The position numbers were made by a program, and so were the translations under genes. Source: Camelus ferus (taxonomy: Eukaryota). Taken from it: a DNA stretch of 64,000 bases. Below are positions 38,930 through 51,559 of this stretch, piece after piece (the first letter of the stretch is position 1; the number at the start of each line of letters is the position of its first letter). The stretch is taken from assembly GCF_009834535.1 (NCBI RefSeq), contig NC_045705.1, positions 27,714,001 to 27,778,000 of the forward strand, given 5' to 3'. The notes under the pieces are model-generated. The model made no database searches and was not told the origin of the DNA. It saw nothing but the letters and a program-made list of their open reading frames with translations.

Positions 38930-39189
38930 GTACAGTGGTTGAGGAAAGCAACGGTTCTGATGAGATGGAGAACTCAGATGAAACAAAAATGTCAGAAGAG
39001 ATACTGGCTTTGGTGGATGAATTTCAACAGGCATGGCCTCTGGAAGGCTTTGGGGGGGCACTCGAGATGAAAGGACGGCGTCTGGACTTGCAGGGGATAC
39101 GAGTACTGAAGAAAGGCCCCCAGGATGGAGTGGCCAAAAGCTCCTGCTATGGAGACTGCAGAAGCGAAGATGATGAAGCAACAGAATGG
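38930..39189 (+). CDS. TTC17: TTC17 exon (260 nt): TVVEESNGSDEMENSDETKMSEEILALVDEFQQAWPLEG...SEDDEATEW
   Basis: Acceptor gaatctcag|GT ACA; donor TGG|gtaaga; phase 1 to 0; matches ORF 38935-39225. Confidence 0.97.
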
Positions 39190-39651
39190 GTAAGAGTTTA
39201 CCAACTCAGTCTTACCAAATTGTAGCCCAAGTCTTTGTGGGGGTACCTCAGGTTTGCAGAGTGTAATGTTTCTGTTGGGTATGTGGCAATATTCTACTCC
39301 ACGCTCCAGTCAGCCTTCACAGTGGAATTGTACTGCCAGAAGCATTTCACATTAACTTCGGTATTGCCGGCTCTTGTAGGAAGCAGAGGAAGTGGGATGG
39401 GTGTGAAGCCACACTTGGAATGGCCCAGTTCAGACATCTTAACTGTCAGTTTCCTCTATAGCCTTCAAGGCTGGATTATTATATTTGTTTCACTAAACAT
39501 TTTTCATTCAGACCTTTAAAAATTAAACCGAGAGAAAGAACTTAACCCTAGTTAACACAAGACCAGCTATTCTTAAAGCCACCAGTACACACAGTCATGG
39601 GCAGGTGTAATAATCGAGCTCATTTGTCCCTAACATGTTTTCATTTCCCAG

Positions 39652-39805
39652 ATCACATTCCAAGTCAAACGAGTAAAGAAACCCAAAGGAGATAATAAGA
39701 AAACTCCTGGAAAAAAGGTAGAATCGAATCAGGCAGAAAATGTACATCGTAACCAAGCAAACCTGGAGATCACTGGCCCAAAGGTGGCATCTCCTGGGCC
39801 ACAAG
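39652..39805 (+). CDS. TTC17: TTC17 exon (154 nt): ITFQVKRVKKPKGDNKKTPGKKVESNQAENVHRNQANLEITGPKVASPGPQ
   Basis: Acceptor ttttcatttcccag|ATC; donor CAAG|gtaaat; phase 0 to 1. Confidence 0.96.
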
Positions 39806-41615
39806 GTAAATTTGAATGTTTAATATGCCAGTTTCTTCTTTCAGATTTCACTGTCTCAATGAAATGTGTGTTTGTGACTTGAAGTAGATCAGATGAGATG
39901 GTCATTGAGCCAAGTGAACAAGAAACCCAGTCATTGATATAAAATGTTTATTTTAACATTTACTTGATTTTTTTTTTTAACCATTGGCTATTTGGCTTAT
40001 ACTCTTACCAACTTAAGCTTAAATATCCTATTGATTAACTTGACAGTCTAGTTTAGTACATAAAAATGTGGGTTTGAGCAGACTTCCTGGGTTCAGACAC
40101 CAGTTTTGCCATTTAGTTCCCTGTGCCTCATTTTCCCTCTGAATAAAATGTGAATAATAATTGCATCTATTTTGTAGGGTGATTGTGAAAATTATATGAG
40201 TTTATACATGTAAAGTGCTTTTAATGAACTGGGCACATAGGGATCAATAAATATTACCTATCTAGTAACATTTTTGTGTGTCAAAATGTATTGGATGCAT
40301 TTAAGTATTGGATAAATGCTTTGGTAATACTCCCCAGGGGAAAAAAATGCATTAAAAATTTTTTTTCCAAAAAATCAAAATTTGGCATGTACTTTCAAGG
40401 TTCAGAGTTGTCCCCAAGTCTGTCTCTGGACTCCAGGTTCAGGGCCATTGTCATGAGTCCCGTTAACTTTCTTTTCCAGCAGTGAAATAGTGATAATCGA
40501 ATTTCTTTAAAAATAAATCTCCTTTTTTAGAAGGATATTTTCACTGTGTTAGACTTGGGAAATTCAAGGTAACTTCGTGAAAATATGTGTTATTTAATTT
40601 GGTGTACTTAACAAAGCTGAAAGCAGAGGACACATAATAAAACATAAAGAATGGGGTCAGCTTGGCTAAATCCCATACTAAAGACACCAAAAAGAACATT
40701 TTATCATGACTAGAGTTGAAAGTATGATGTAGCGTTAATGTTTAGGGAAGATGGCATGTATTAACAGGTTATGGAGAGAAAGTGACACTTAGTTCTGTCT
40801 TCAGTAGCAAGGAAAAAGATGTCCAAACTGTAAAATGTCAGTATAACAAAGAAAATTCCAATGCCTTAAATAGTAAATGTAACAAAAAAAATAATAAAAG
40901 AGGAAAATTCTGATGGATATTTATATACTTTTAATGTGGGAAAGGACTTTCTAAGGCAGAGAGAAAAAAAAATTAATTCTGGTATCAGAAGACACTATAA
41001 AAGAGAGAGACAAAGGACTAAAACAAAATATTTTCACAGAATATTTGTATATATTTACAGAATATATGATAAGCAAAGGTTATCAACATCATTAAAGAGC
41101 ACCTGTAAATCAATAGAAAAAATACAACATTTCAGTGAAATATGTGCAGTGTACATGGGCACTTCACCAAACGCACACGCACACAGCTACTAAATATGTC
41201 AGGCTCACTAGCAGTCAAGGAAGTGCAAACGTAAAATGTGACATGCCATTTTTGCTTATCAGATTGTCTTTATGTAATGCAAAGTGAGAGTTAATAAAAT
41301 GAATTTTGGGATAGTTTGACTAGATGTATCAGAAATTTTTAAAATATACCAACAATTCTGTTTCTAGTAGTTCACCCTAAATAAATTCTCTCTTAAGTGT
41401 GAAAGATAGAAGTAAGAAGATATTGATTACAGTGCTGCTTATCATAATAAAAATTTGAAAAATACCTAAATGATGGTAATTGCCTAAATAAATTACAGCA
41501 TGTTCTTGCTGTACACTGTGTAGCCAAGATGTTTGTAATTTAGTATGTGAACAAAAGCAGTTTATAAAATAGCATATGTAGAGAATACTTCAATTTTTGT
41601 AAAATAGTAAATATA

Positions 41616-41781
41616 CTGTATTTCATCTACATTTTTTTCACATTTCAGTATCTCTGCAAGTGAGATACATCTTACAATTGATGGTATCTTAAATAATAAT
41701 TGGCAACATTTTTCCTTCTTAAATCTTGTAAAGCAATGTGCACCTTATAGTTCATGATATCTTAGATTTGATGAAATATAC
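41616..41781. mobile_element. Tc2/mariner-type MITE (MER104-like)
   Basis: Inverted ends ctgtatttcatc / cttagatttgatgaaatata, flanked by TA. Confidence 0.7.
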
Positions 41782-41984
41782 TAAATTAAACAAACACAGA
41801 AAAGCATATACCAAAATGTTGTAAGTGATCTTCTCTGGATGCTGATAGCACTGTAGGTGATTTTTTATTTTCTTCTATATTCTTTTCCATTTTCTAAATA
41901 TTTCATAATAAGCCTATATTAATTTTATAAGCAAAAAACTAAAAATTTCTTGTTAAATTGAAAATTAAAGCTCAGTATGGTTGA

Positions 41985-42478
41985 GATGATAGGAGAGCAA
42001 TTAGGTAGTTTTTAAATGGATTCAAGTAGATGGGCCTGGGAAGGGCACTGAATATACTTGCAAATGAAATCATGGAACTACTTACTGTCATTAATGTGAA
42101 AAGTTCTAAAGCATAGAATAGATGATAGAAGGCTAGAGAAGTTCAGGATCCCAATTTTCAAGTATATGTGGATTCTATCCACTACCAGGTGTTAAGCTTT
42201 GTGATAAAATCCTGGCAAAGTTCTAAAGCAGATTATTGAACCAGTAGTTTGTAAGCCCGTGGGGAAAAAGTGGAGATCCTTAAGGGCCACTATAGATTCA
42301 CTAAGAATTAATAAAACTAATAATGCATAACTAATTTCATTTCCTAGTTTGGTGAGGGCTACTGGATTGGACCAAGACCAGAAAAGTGCCATAGATATAA
42401 TGTAACTCGATTTAAGCAAAGCATTTAATAGAGCCTCTTATGATATCCTTGTGAACAGGATGAAGAAATGTGGGCTCA
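41985..42478 (+). mobile_element. L3/CR1 LINE reverse-transcriptase fossil
   Basis: Manual translation near 42330-42477 (one frameshift allowed) gives TNFIS*F...AIDIM*LDLSKAFNRASYDILVNRMKKCGL, matching the CR1 RT motif AVDVVYLDFSKAFD.VSH.IL..KL...GL. Confidence 0.8.
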
Positions 42479-43309
42479 AAGGTTCGGCAATGCCTGCAGC
42501 ATAAACTTTCTAGTGTGGTGTACAAGACTGTTTACAATCTAGGCTCTCTCCCCACTTCAGCATCATTCTCTGAACCAACCATGCTCTTTTTTTACCTCTT
42601 TGCCTTTGCACATGCTGTTCCCTCTGCCTGGAATGCCCTTTTGCTATCTCAGTGGTGCTAAAATGTCACCAATCCTTAAACTTTGAACTCAAGTGCCATC
42701 TCTTCCTTGGTTCCTTCAGGCTGAATCAGTTGCTCTCTCCCTGTGCATTTGCTCTATACCTTCACTCTAGCACTTATCCTATTGTGTTCTAGTAATTTCC
42801 TTCCTAGCCTGTGAGCTCCAGGGCAGGCCTTGAGCCTCTATTCCTCTCTGAATCCCTAGCAATCTTAACACAGTTCCCAGTCCCTTGTAATAGAAGCTCA
42901 GTAAGTATCTTTCAAGTGACTTTCTTAAACATAAAAAGAAAAATAAGCTTTACTGTGAAATGTATGGTTTAATTCTTTAAGTTATTAATTTAAACAGGGT
43001 TCATTTGAAACTCTTCTAAACTGTTCTTTTCTGTTTTATTAAAATCTAAATCCAAAGCCCTGCCTGCATCTTAAACAGTATGCTATTGCTGGTAAATTTC
43101 TACAGTATAAAAAGAACTCTACAGAACCAAAGTTCTCCTTCTTGTCCATTCCACTGGAATTTCTTCAGAAGAATCCTTCCCAGATATAGGACTTAGTTCT
43201 GCTCTTTTCGTGGGGACTTAATCTAAGTAAAAGGCCTACACTTAGAAGGTAGTACCTTTAAAGGGTATCAATAAACAGAGATTTAAAACCTCAGCAAAGG
43301 TTTAAATAG

Positions 43310-43510
43310 CATGATTGGGAGCATGCATGTTAGAGTCAAACAGACCTGGATCTGGATCCCCTTTCTGCCACCTAGTAGCCAGGTGACCCTGGGCAAGTCA
43401 CTTGATTTCTCTGAACCTTTGTCTTCTCATCTGAGAAATGAGGATTAAAACCTGCCTCTTCAGGTTACAGATGTAAAGCACTTAGCACAGGACCTGAACA
43501 CACAGTAAGT
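43310..43510 (+). mobile_element. MIR SINE
   Basis: tagagtcaaacagacctgg...gtgaccctgggcaagtcacttgatttctctgaacc...tgtaaagcacttagcacag. Confidence 0.85.
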
Positions 43511-43577
43511 GCTCTGGAAACAAATGATAACCTTTCATTATCATCATTATTACCTACCCTGCTGCTTTTCTCTACAG

Positions 43578-43790
43578 CAGGGGTTCTCTGCCAGGAGTGA
43601 TTTTGGCCTCCCAGGAAACATTTGGCAGTATCTGGAGACATTTTTAATTGTCACATCTCAGGGAGGGTGCTGCTCACATCTATTGGATAGAGACCAGGGA
43701 TGCTGCCACGTCCTCCAGCGCACAGGACAGTGCTCGTGACAAAGCATTATCCAGCCCGCATTGTCGGCAGTACCAGATTGAGAAGCCCTG
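43578..43790 (+). mobile_element. MER20 (hAT-Charlie MITE)
   Basis: caggggttctc...acatttggcagtatctggagacattttt...agggatgctgc...tgagaagccctg; degenerate 8-bp TSD ctctacag / ctttagag. Confidence 0.9.
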
Positions 43791-44163
43791 CTTTAGAGAT
43801 ACATCTTTCTCTTGACTAAGTTAGGGTTGTCTTTATAAAATCAAAATGTTGAAGGGTAAAAATTGAATTTGGTAAGAATGTTAACACTGAAGAATATTTT
43901 AACCCTTATCTCAGTCTTAAATCCAGTGAAGGGCTCATTTATTTTTATTTCATCATCTATCTTTGAGAACAAGGCTTTACTCAAAGATAATTGTTATCCC
44001 CATTTAGAACTAACTAAATCTTGTCATCAGGTGGTAGGAATTCTGAAGACTAGAAGAATGACTAGCACCCGCAGTACACCAATGTGGGTAAAGTAAAAGC
44101 GTAAGGCACCACGCGTTCTGTTTCTCTGCAATTGTGTCGACTGATGACATACTTTCCTTCCAG

Positions 44164-44284
44164 GAAAAAAACGTGACTACCAGAGTCTGGGATGGCCCAG
44201 CCCGGACGAGTGCCTCAAACTCCGCTGGGTAGAGCTGACTGCCATCGTGAGTACCTGGCTTGCAGTTTCATCAAAAAACATTGA
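44164..44284 (+). CDS. TTC17: TTC17 exon (121 nt): (G)KKRDYQSLGWPSPDECLKLRWVELTAIVSTWLAVSSKNI(D)
   Basis: Acceptor tactttccttccag|GA; donor TTGA|gtgagt; phase 1 to 2. Confidence 0.96.
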
Positions 44285-44599
44285 GTGAGTATCTTAAACC
44301 TCTCCCTCCTCCGTGGTATTTGTGTACCAGTGATCCCGCTGGGCCTCAGCTGACTTCACTTCTTTGTCAGCAGTTACTAGAAGAGTCGTCCTTTCTAGGG
44401 TTCTTGGTTCAAAGGACACCCCTTGCTGACCACAGGGCACAGATGGATTCAGCTCATTATACTGAAATAGTCAATGTGTTCCTGTCTCAGTGCCTTCTCC
44501 ATACTTTCTAAGCTATGTAGAAGTCATGTATAACTTACTTAACTTGAATTAAAGACTGGATGTCTTCATTAAAGCACAAAACCTATGGTCTCTCACTGA

Positions 44600-45760
44600 C
44601 ATCATGAGCTTGAAAAGGTAACCAGAGCAGATCCAGATTTACCAACATCCACCAGGACACAAGCAAGCAAGGTTCCCTCTCTCATAACTGCTTTTTCCAC
44701 CCTGGATGCTCATTCTCTTTTTTGGGCCCCTTTTCTACCCTTTAAGCATTAGAGTTCCCCAAAATTTACCACTAAGCCTTCTTACTTTACAGTCATTCGC
44801 AGCCAGACTGCTCTACTCCCAGAACTCCTGTCACCAGTGATATGTTGACAACTCCCAAATTTGATTCCCCACACCAGGCCTTTCTTCACATCCTTCTCCT
44901 CGTCGCTCTAGGCGTCTACCTGGCCTCTCTGCCTAGGTATCTCTCAGGCACCCTAAGGTCAGGAGAACTAAACTCACAATTTTCTTGCCCACTCTCCTTC
45001 CAAAAAAATCATTACTTTGATTGTTTTCTGTTTCTTATTCTTAGAAAATAGCTTCAGCCAGAAACCTGGGGGCTGTCCTTATGCCCCAGATCCAGTCCGT
45101 TACCGGTTCTTCTCACTTTTACCCTTTGAGTGTTTTCCAGAACCCATTTTTCTTCATCCCTGATGCTGCCTCCTTAAACCAGAACAATCATCTCCACTTA
45201 GATTTGTTCAGTAGCCTCCTAGCTGGTCCTCTTGCTTTATTCATTCTTGCATCTCTTCAATCCATTCTCTCCACAGTACTCAGAATTATCCCTCAAATGT
45301 AAGTCAAATAATTCTTAAAATGCTCTAATAACTTCATATCGCTGTTTACAGGGTCCCACAAAGCCCTTCATGACCTGCTCCCTGCACGTCTTTTCATCTT
45401 CAGCTCTGCCCTCCCTCCTTCAGACCTTCACAGATGGTGTCTCCTTTCTCACTACCTTCTCCTACCTGGTTAATTCACACTCATCCTTCCAGTCTCAATT
45501 TAAATCTTACTTTCTCAGGAAATCCTTCACTAAACACCTTCCTCTTCCATCAGCATAGAGGAAATATGTACTCTCCTCTAGTAAACTGACATTGTACTAT
45601 GCTTTTATCTTTTGTAACTCATCACATCTGTAATAACTATCACAAGACTATGAGCACTGTAACAGTGGGAACTGGGTATATTTTGTTAATTATTATAGTC
45701 CTGATATCTGACATGTAATAGGCTCTGAATAAATAATGTATGAATGAGTATTTGCCTAAT
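44600..45760 (+). mobile_element. L2 fragment incl. 3' tail
   Basis: Typical L2 body ending aataaataatgtatgaatgag. Confidence 0.7.
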
Positions 45761-46461
45761 AAATGTTAAACTTTTAAAGTAGCTGGAAATAAAATTTGGC
45801 AATGCCAATTTGCCACATCAGTATATATGATAGCGTATAATATATATCCTGTGTCTAGCAGGTAAATGACCACTTTGGAACCACGAAGGGAAGTACTTAC
45901 ATCTTATACATAGATACAGTGAACAGCTGGATCTGTATAACATGTACTGTCTAAACTTTAGGTAACTTTTTCTGTGGGGACAAGTGTGCTTCTGTACATA
46001 AAGGGAAAAAGAAAGATAAGAACCACTTGTGGGTCTTTATCACTGTCTGTACCCTGGAAAAAGAAATCCTAGAAGAAAACCCACCTAGTTTAAAACCTTT
46101 CCAGTGAGAAAAAGTGGCCAGCGGCAGTGAGCAAACCAGACGCCATGGTGCATAGAGGGGAGGGCAGCTTGGGGAGACTGAGAAAATGCTGAGTTCAGGA
46201 CTCAGATCCAACACTTCTTTGACCTGGAATACGGTCTCTATTCCTACATTCAGCACATAGTCATTGCCAAGCTCTGGAGCCCTTGAATCTGTAAAAGGAG
46301 AGATCAGACTAAGTAACTTCTGAAGTCTCTTCCCCTGTGAGATTCTGTGGTTCCAGACAGTGCTAATAATATATTGAAGTTATGGTCAGCTGACTATTAA
46401 TACTCTTCCTCCCCACCCACTCACCTTTTCCACGGCTAAGGTGGTACTCTCCATTTTTCAG

Positions 46462-46621
46462 CATCACAGAACATATAGACTTTGCCACTCCAATACAGCA
46501 GCCAGCGATGGAGCCTCTTTGCAATGGCAATCTCCCCACGAGCATGCACACACTGGACCACTTGCAGGGGGTTTCCAACCGAGCCAGCCTCCATTATACG
46601 GGTGAGAGCCAGTTAACAGAG
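46462..46621 (+). CDS. TTC17: TTC17 exon (160 nt): ITEHIDFATPIQQPAMEPLCNGNLPTSMHTLDHLQGVSNRASLHYTGESQLTE
   Basis: Acceptor ctctccatttttcag|C; donor GAG|gtgagt; phase 2 to 0. Confidence 0.96.
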
Positions 46622-47558
46622 GTGAGTGCTCGGCTCTGTTTGGCCTGTCTGTAGGTTTTTTTTTCCCTTCTGTCTGTAGGTTTTAGCCCCACAGTTATGA
46701 TGCAACTGATAGCAGAAAGCACAAGCGGCCAGGGCGTATATTTTCGCCTTTTTTCAGATAACTGTCATGTAGGTGGCTTCAGGCCAAGCCTGATATCTTT
46801 CAGCCCCTGTGACTTAGCTTACAATTTTTTATGAGCAGGAAATTTTAATTCTGATTCGTTCCTCGAGGTGGGTAGCATTCTGCTTGCCATCAGACAGAGG
46901 CTCTCTGCGAGAAATGTTTGGAGCAGTTAATCCTCCTGTTGGCATTCTTAAGAAGGAAAGCAAGGAGAACAGACCCAGAATATTCTTAGCAAGGAGTATA
47001 CCTGGAAGAATAATTGGGAAACATGCTACAAATGGTCAACAATAGAGGATTCATTAAATAAATATTGGTTATAGGTATAAGATGGTATACAATGAATCAT
47101 TAAGAAAGATGTAGTAGAAATATATTTATTAAATGGCATGAAGAAATTTTTTAGGATATATTATGTGAAAATTCAGGTGATAGTATACAGTGTGATTCCA
47201 TATTCTATGAGAGAAATAATACATGTGTGCATAGAAAAGTATCTGAAAGATACATTAGAGATTATTAACAATGGTTGTGTCTGGGTAACAGGATAGCAAG
47301 TACTTTTTATTTTCTTTACTTACTCTAAATGCTATAATGAATGTGTTTAAGTGATTTTTTGTTAAGTGAGAGAAGGCTGAGGGGATGGTAAAATGGCCTT
47401 CAGTGTCTTCCATAAGATGCCTTACCAGCAAGACCACAGCATATACCCCAGAAAAATAATCTGCTACTGTGGTACTGTGCCCAACTCGGCATCTGCAGTG
47501 TCACTAGACCCTGCCTCATTTTCATTCCTCTTATCTGTCATCTTCCTCCATATACCAG

Positions 47559-47642
47559 GTATTGCAAAATCTTGGCAAAGACCAATATCCACAACAGTCA
47601 CTTGAACAGATTGGCACCCGAATTGCCAAAGTTTTGGAAAAG
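47559..47642 (+). CDS. TTC17: TTC17 exon (84 nt): VLQNLGKDQYPQQSLEQIGTRIAKVLEK
   Basis: Acceptor cttcctccatataccag|GTA; donor AAG|gtaagt; phase 0 to 0. Confidence 0.96.
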
Positions 47643-47971
47643 GTAAGTCATCCTGTAGGAAAGCCCTAAACTATTACCTACTTTCTAACTTTTCCAGATT
47701 ATTTGCCACTAAGTGGCTCTAACCTCTTCTGTTAGTTATTTAGCACTTGGTAACTAAAGGGATGGTGTGAAATCACCCCACACAGAATGTTTCAATCACT
47801 TTTCCATCACTTGGTTAGTATTCTTTTTTGCTTCTGTGCTGAAACTTACCTAGTCATTTATCTGTTCTTTATTCCAGCGTGGATATATTGAGGTGGTGCT
47901 ACTAAAAACTATGGAATCTAGGTATGGGAAAGAAGTCAGGCATTCCTCTTCTGGTGATAAAGAATATTTGG

Positions 47972-48062
47972 GGAGGCGGGGAATGTAGCTTAGTGGTAGA
48001 GCACATGCTTGGCGTGCACGAGGTCCTGGGTTCAATCCCCAGTGCCTTGTAAGGGGGAAGAA
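47972..48062 (+). mobile_element. Short tRNA-Ala-derived SINE copy with 13-bp TSD
   Basis: GGGGAATGTAGCTTAGTGGTAGAGCACATGCTTGGCGTGCACGAGGTCCTGGGTTCAATCCCCAGT; TSD aaagaatatttgg at 47959-47971 and 48063-48075. Confidence 0.88.
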
Positions 48063-48699
48063 AAAGAATATTTGGTATTTTGGATGTTGGATGGGAATAC
48101 CTTGAAATATCTTTTGTCTTTGAAATCATGAAACGAAATATTTGCAAAAGTATATTTTTATGTAGCCTACAGAAAATATAATTGAGTCTCTAAGACTATT
48201 CATCTACCACTATGTGATATTTGTATAAAGAAGAAGTTTAAAATTTTTTAATTTAATTACTTTATGGTTAAGAATCTCTCCACTTTATTATTGTATGATA
48301 TTGAAGAGGTAATATAATATAAAACATAGTGATTAAAAGAATCAACTCAGCTTCTAGTATGAGCATGACAGAATGGTAGGGATAGAATAATTGCATCAGT
48401 TTAAAAGAGATGAAGTGGAAGGCACACAGCAATCACTGTTGTATGGTGATTCTAAAATGCATCTGGCCATGTGTCACCAATTTCCTCAATTCTAGGGTAG
48501 GAAATATTCCTTGATTAGGGCCTATTTTGGTTTGTTGGGATTGGTTCCCTGATCTGTTTCTCAGTTCACAACTCTTCTCTGAGCTGTCTTTCCTTTTCCT
48601 TAGAAATGTCCTGTATTTGCAGCTGAGTAGCTTACTCAGCCTGCTGCCTGTCTCTGTTTCTGCCACAACCTCTTAAAAAAACTTTGTGGACTTTCAAAT

Positions 48700-49840
48700 T
48701 ATAAGCCATTCCATCAGACAAAAGCCACACCACAGATCTCTTCAAGAAGGCCTCTGTCTACTTTGAACATAAGTCCAGGACAATACCTTTAAGGTTCTTG
48801 GATGCCTTTTGTCTAAATGAGTCTATGAGGCTAAAATCTAGACTCAAATCTTTGTGAGGTGGTAATAACAAAGGGTCTTACTGCTGTGCTTTTGATTTGA
48901 TCTTGATACTAAGGCCATAGTTTTACTGGTGGCACCCTGGATTTGATTTTTTGTCAAAACCTTGTTCTAACCAGAGAAGCTGGCAACTGAGAAGGTGCCA
49001 TTTTCTAACCCTGCAAGTTCCGGGTTGAAAGCATTTTCTCTAAACTCTGCTTGAAAACTGTACATTTCCTTGGTTAGTTCGTCTCTCTTTTAATACCTTA
49101 TTATAGGTGATTTTTTAAAAAACCATTTATCACTTTCAGCATTCTTCCTAGAAATCTTCATAGCCTGATCCACAACTTCGCTGGGTGTTTTCCTATATTC
49201 CAGGATACAGCCTCGCTGTTTGTTTTGCCAATAGATAATGATGCCTCTTCTCCAGCCTCCAAAGCAGTTTCCTGAGTGCTCTTCCAGCCTCCATTATTGT
49301 TGCTGCTCCTTCAGCAAATGTCCTCAACCTGTTCCCCCAACTAATGTCACATGCTTTAAATTTCTGTTATGGCAACACTCCATTCTCAATATCAAATACT
49401 GTTTTCAGTTATCTTTCTCGCCTAATAAACCATGCCAAGATATACTGGCTTAAAATAAAACTACTATTTGCTCAAGATTCTACAGTCTGAGCTGGACTGT
49501 CTTCTGGTCTCGCTTGGAATCATCATGCAATTACAGGCATGTGGAGACTCAGCTGGGGCTGGCCACCAGAGAAGGCTGGAGTAATTGCAGTAGCTGGCAC
49601 AGCTGCGTATCCTCTCTCTCCAAGTAGTCTCTCCATCAGAGAAGCTGCACACTTTTACCTGGCGACTCAGGGCTCCAAGAGGTGAAAGCAGAAGCATCCA
49701 GGCCTCTTAGAGTCCACAGACAGAACTGGAGCAGCACCACTTCACCCTTCCTGTCTGTCAGAGCAAGTCCCAGGGCAGGGGAAATATCCTCTGCCTGCTG
49801 CTGGTGACAGAGACTATGGCCCATCTTTAATCCACCATAG
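48700..49840 (-). mobile_element. MaLR element: internal fragment (about 48700-49399) plus MLT1F/H-like LTR (about 49400-49840)
   Basis: Internal-to-LTR junction ...gttatggcaacactccattctcaatatcaaatac|tgttttcagttatc; LTR motifs tggcttaaaa...gagaagctgcac...tctttaatccacca. Confidence 0.7.
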
Positions 49841-49869
49841 TCCCTCTCAAAAGGAGCAACAATAAGACT

Positions 49870-51550
49870 GGCAGCTTCTCAATGGAAATGATGGAAACTA
49901 GAAGCCAATGGAATGACATCGTTAAAGTACTAAAGAAGAAAACTACAAGCCTGGAGTTCTGTGTTAGCAAAAATATTCTTAAAAAATTAAGGTGAAATAA
50001 AGATGTGTTCAAACCAATAAAAATTCAGAGAATTTGGCACAAATAGGCCTACACTGAAATAAAAATTAAAGGGAGTTCTTCAGAAAAATAATCCCAGATA
50101 GAAATATGGGCATGCTAGAGGGAATGAAGAACACTGGAAAGGAAATATAAATGACGAGTTATTGTACAAAATAATAACTGTACTGCCCTGAGGAGCTTCA
50201 ACTCTATGTATAACTGAAATTCATGGTGACAACATAAATGATGGGAGGGAAATAAATGGAGTTTAAAAGTTACAAGATGTAATTGGTATTGGCCAAGTAG
50301 TTAAAGAAATAATTTGCAATGGACTGTGATAAGTAAGAACACATGTTTTAAGTCTCACTACTAAAAATGGTTTTAGAATGTAATTCAATAGACAGAAAAT
50401 GGAATAATGTAAAACATTTGAGTAATCCAAAGAAAATCAAGAAAGGTAAAGGCACATAAAAATAGAACACAAATAGTAAAATAGTAAATACAGTATATCA
50501 GTAGTTGCTACAAAAAGATTTATAATTTAAGCATTTTGTATGGAATGGATTTTTTAAAATCTGACTAAACTATATGCTGCTTAAAAGAGAAACACTTCAA
50601 ATATTAGGATACAGAAGGGTTGAAAGTACAAAGATAGGAAAATAATATACCATGCAAACAATAAAAAAGAAAGCACATATAACTATACTCATTAAAAAAA
50701 CTTTGAAGCAAGAAGCATTGTGAGAGTAGAAGGGCTAAAATGAAAAAGATTGATAATACAGATGTTGGAATGATACTGAGCAACCAGAGTCTGATACCTT
50801 GCTAGTGGGAGTATAAAATAGTGCAGTCATTTTGGAGGACAGTCTGGTAGTCTATTAAAAAGTTAACATATATGACCCAGTAATTTACTGCTAGGTATTT
50901 ATCAAAGAGACAGGAAAGTCTTATGTCCACAAAATACTTATTAAAAGAATGGATAAGCAGTGGTATATTTATACGGTAAATACTATTCTACAAGAAAGAC
51001 CCAATATCCATATTGAGGAATCTCAAAAATATTATGCTAGTACCAGACATTGGACACAAAAAAGTGTGTAGTGTATAATCCCAACTATATGAAATTCTAA
51101 AACAGGCAAAACTAACCTATCGTGATAGAAATCAGATCAGTGATCACTTTGTGGAGGAAGACGTTGACTGGGAAGCAACTTGAAAGGACTTCTTTAAGTA
51201 CTGGAAATTTTCTGTGTCTTATATTTAAAACTGAATGTTGTACCTAAGTTCTAAGCATTTCTCTCTATTTAAATTATACCTTGCTTTTTTTAAAATGAAG
51301 GTTAGATAAAGATTTTAGACTACCAAAAGATGAATGATGTGTATTACCAATAGATTTGCATTTAAAATCACTAAAGGGATTTTTTTTCAGAAGGAAAACT
51401 ATCCCAGGTAGAAATTCAGAAATACAGGAAAGAGCAAAGAGCAACAGAAAAAATAAATATATTAGAGTACGTATAGAAAATGGTAATATAAAATAATAAC
51501 AGTAACGTCTTCTGAGGTTACAGTTCATGACAACAGCAATACAAAAACTC
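49870..51550 (+). mobile_element. Old L1M fragments (ORF1 end, ORF2 pieces, 3' UTR pieces)
   Basis: A-rich strand with L1 motifs ccaatggaatgacatc..., aaggtgaaataaagat..., gtgggagtataaatagtgcagtcattttgga. Confidence 0.7.
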
Positions 51551-51559
51551 CTTTATGGA

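Noticed and set aside
26186-48062. Two tRNA-Ala-like sequences (26186-26316 and 47972-48062) as functional tRNA genes
   Set aside because: Acceptor stems do not pair properly, both are flanked by TSDs, and neither has a Pol III T-run terminator; they are SINE or retrocopy insertions.
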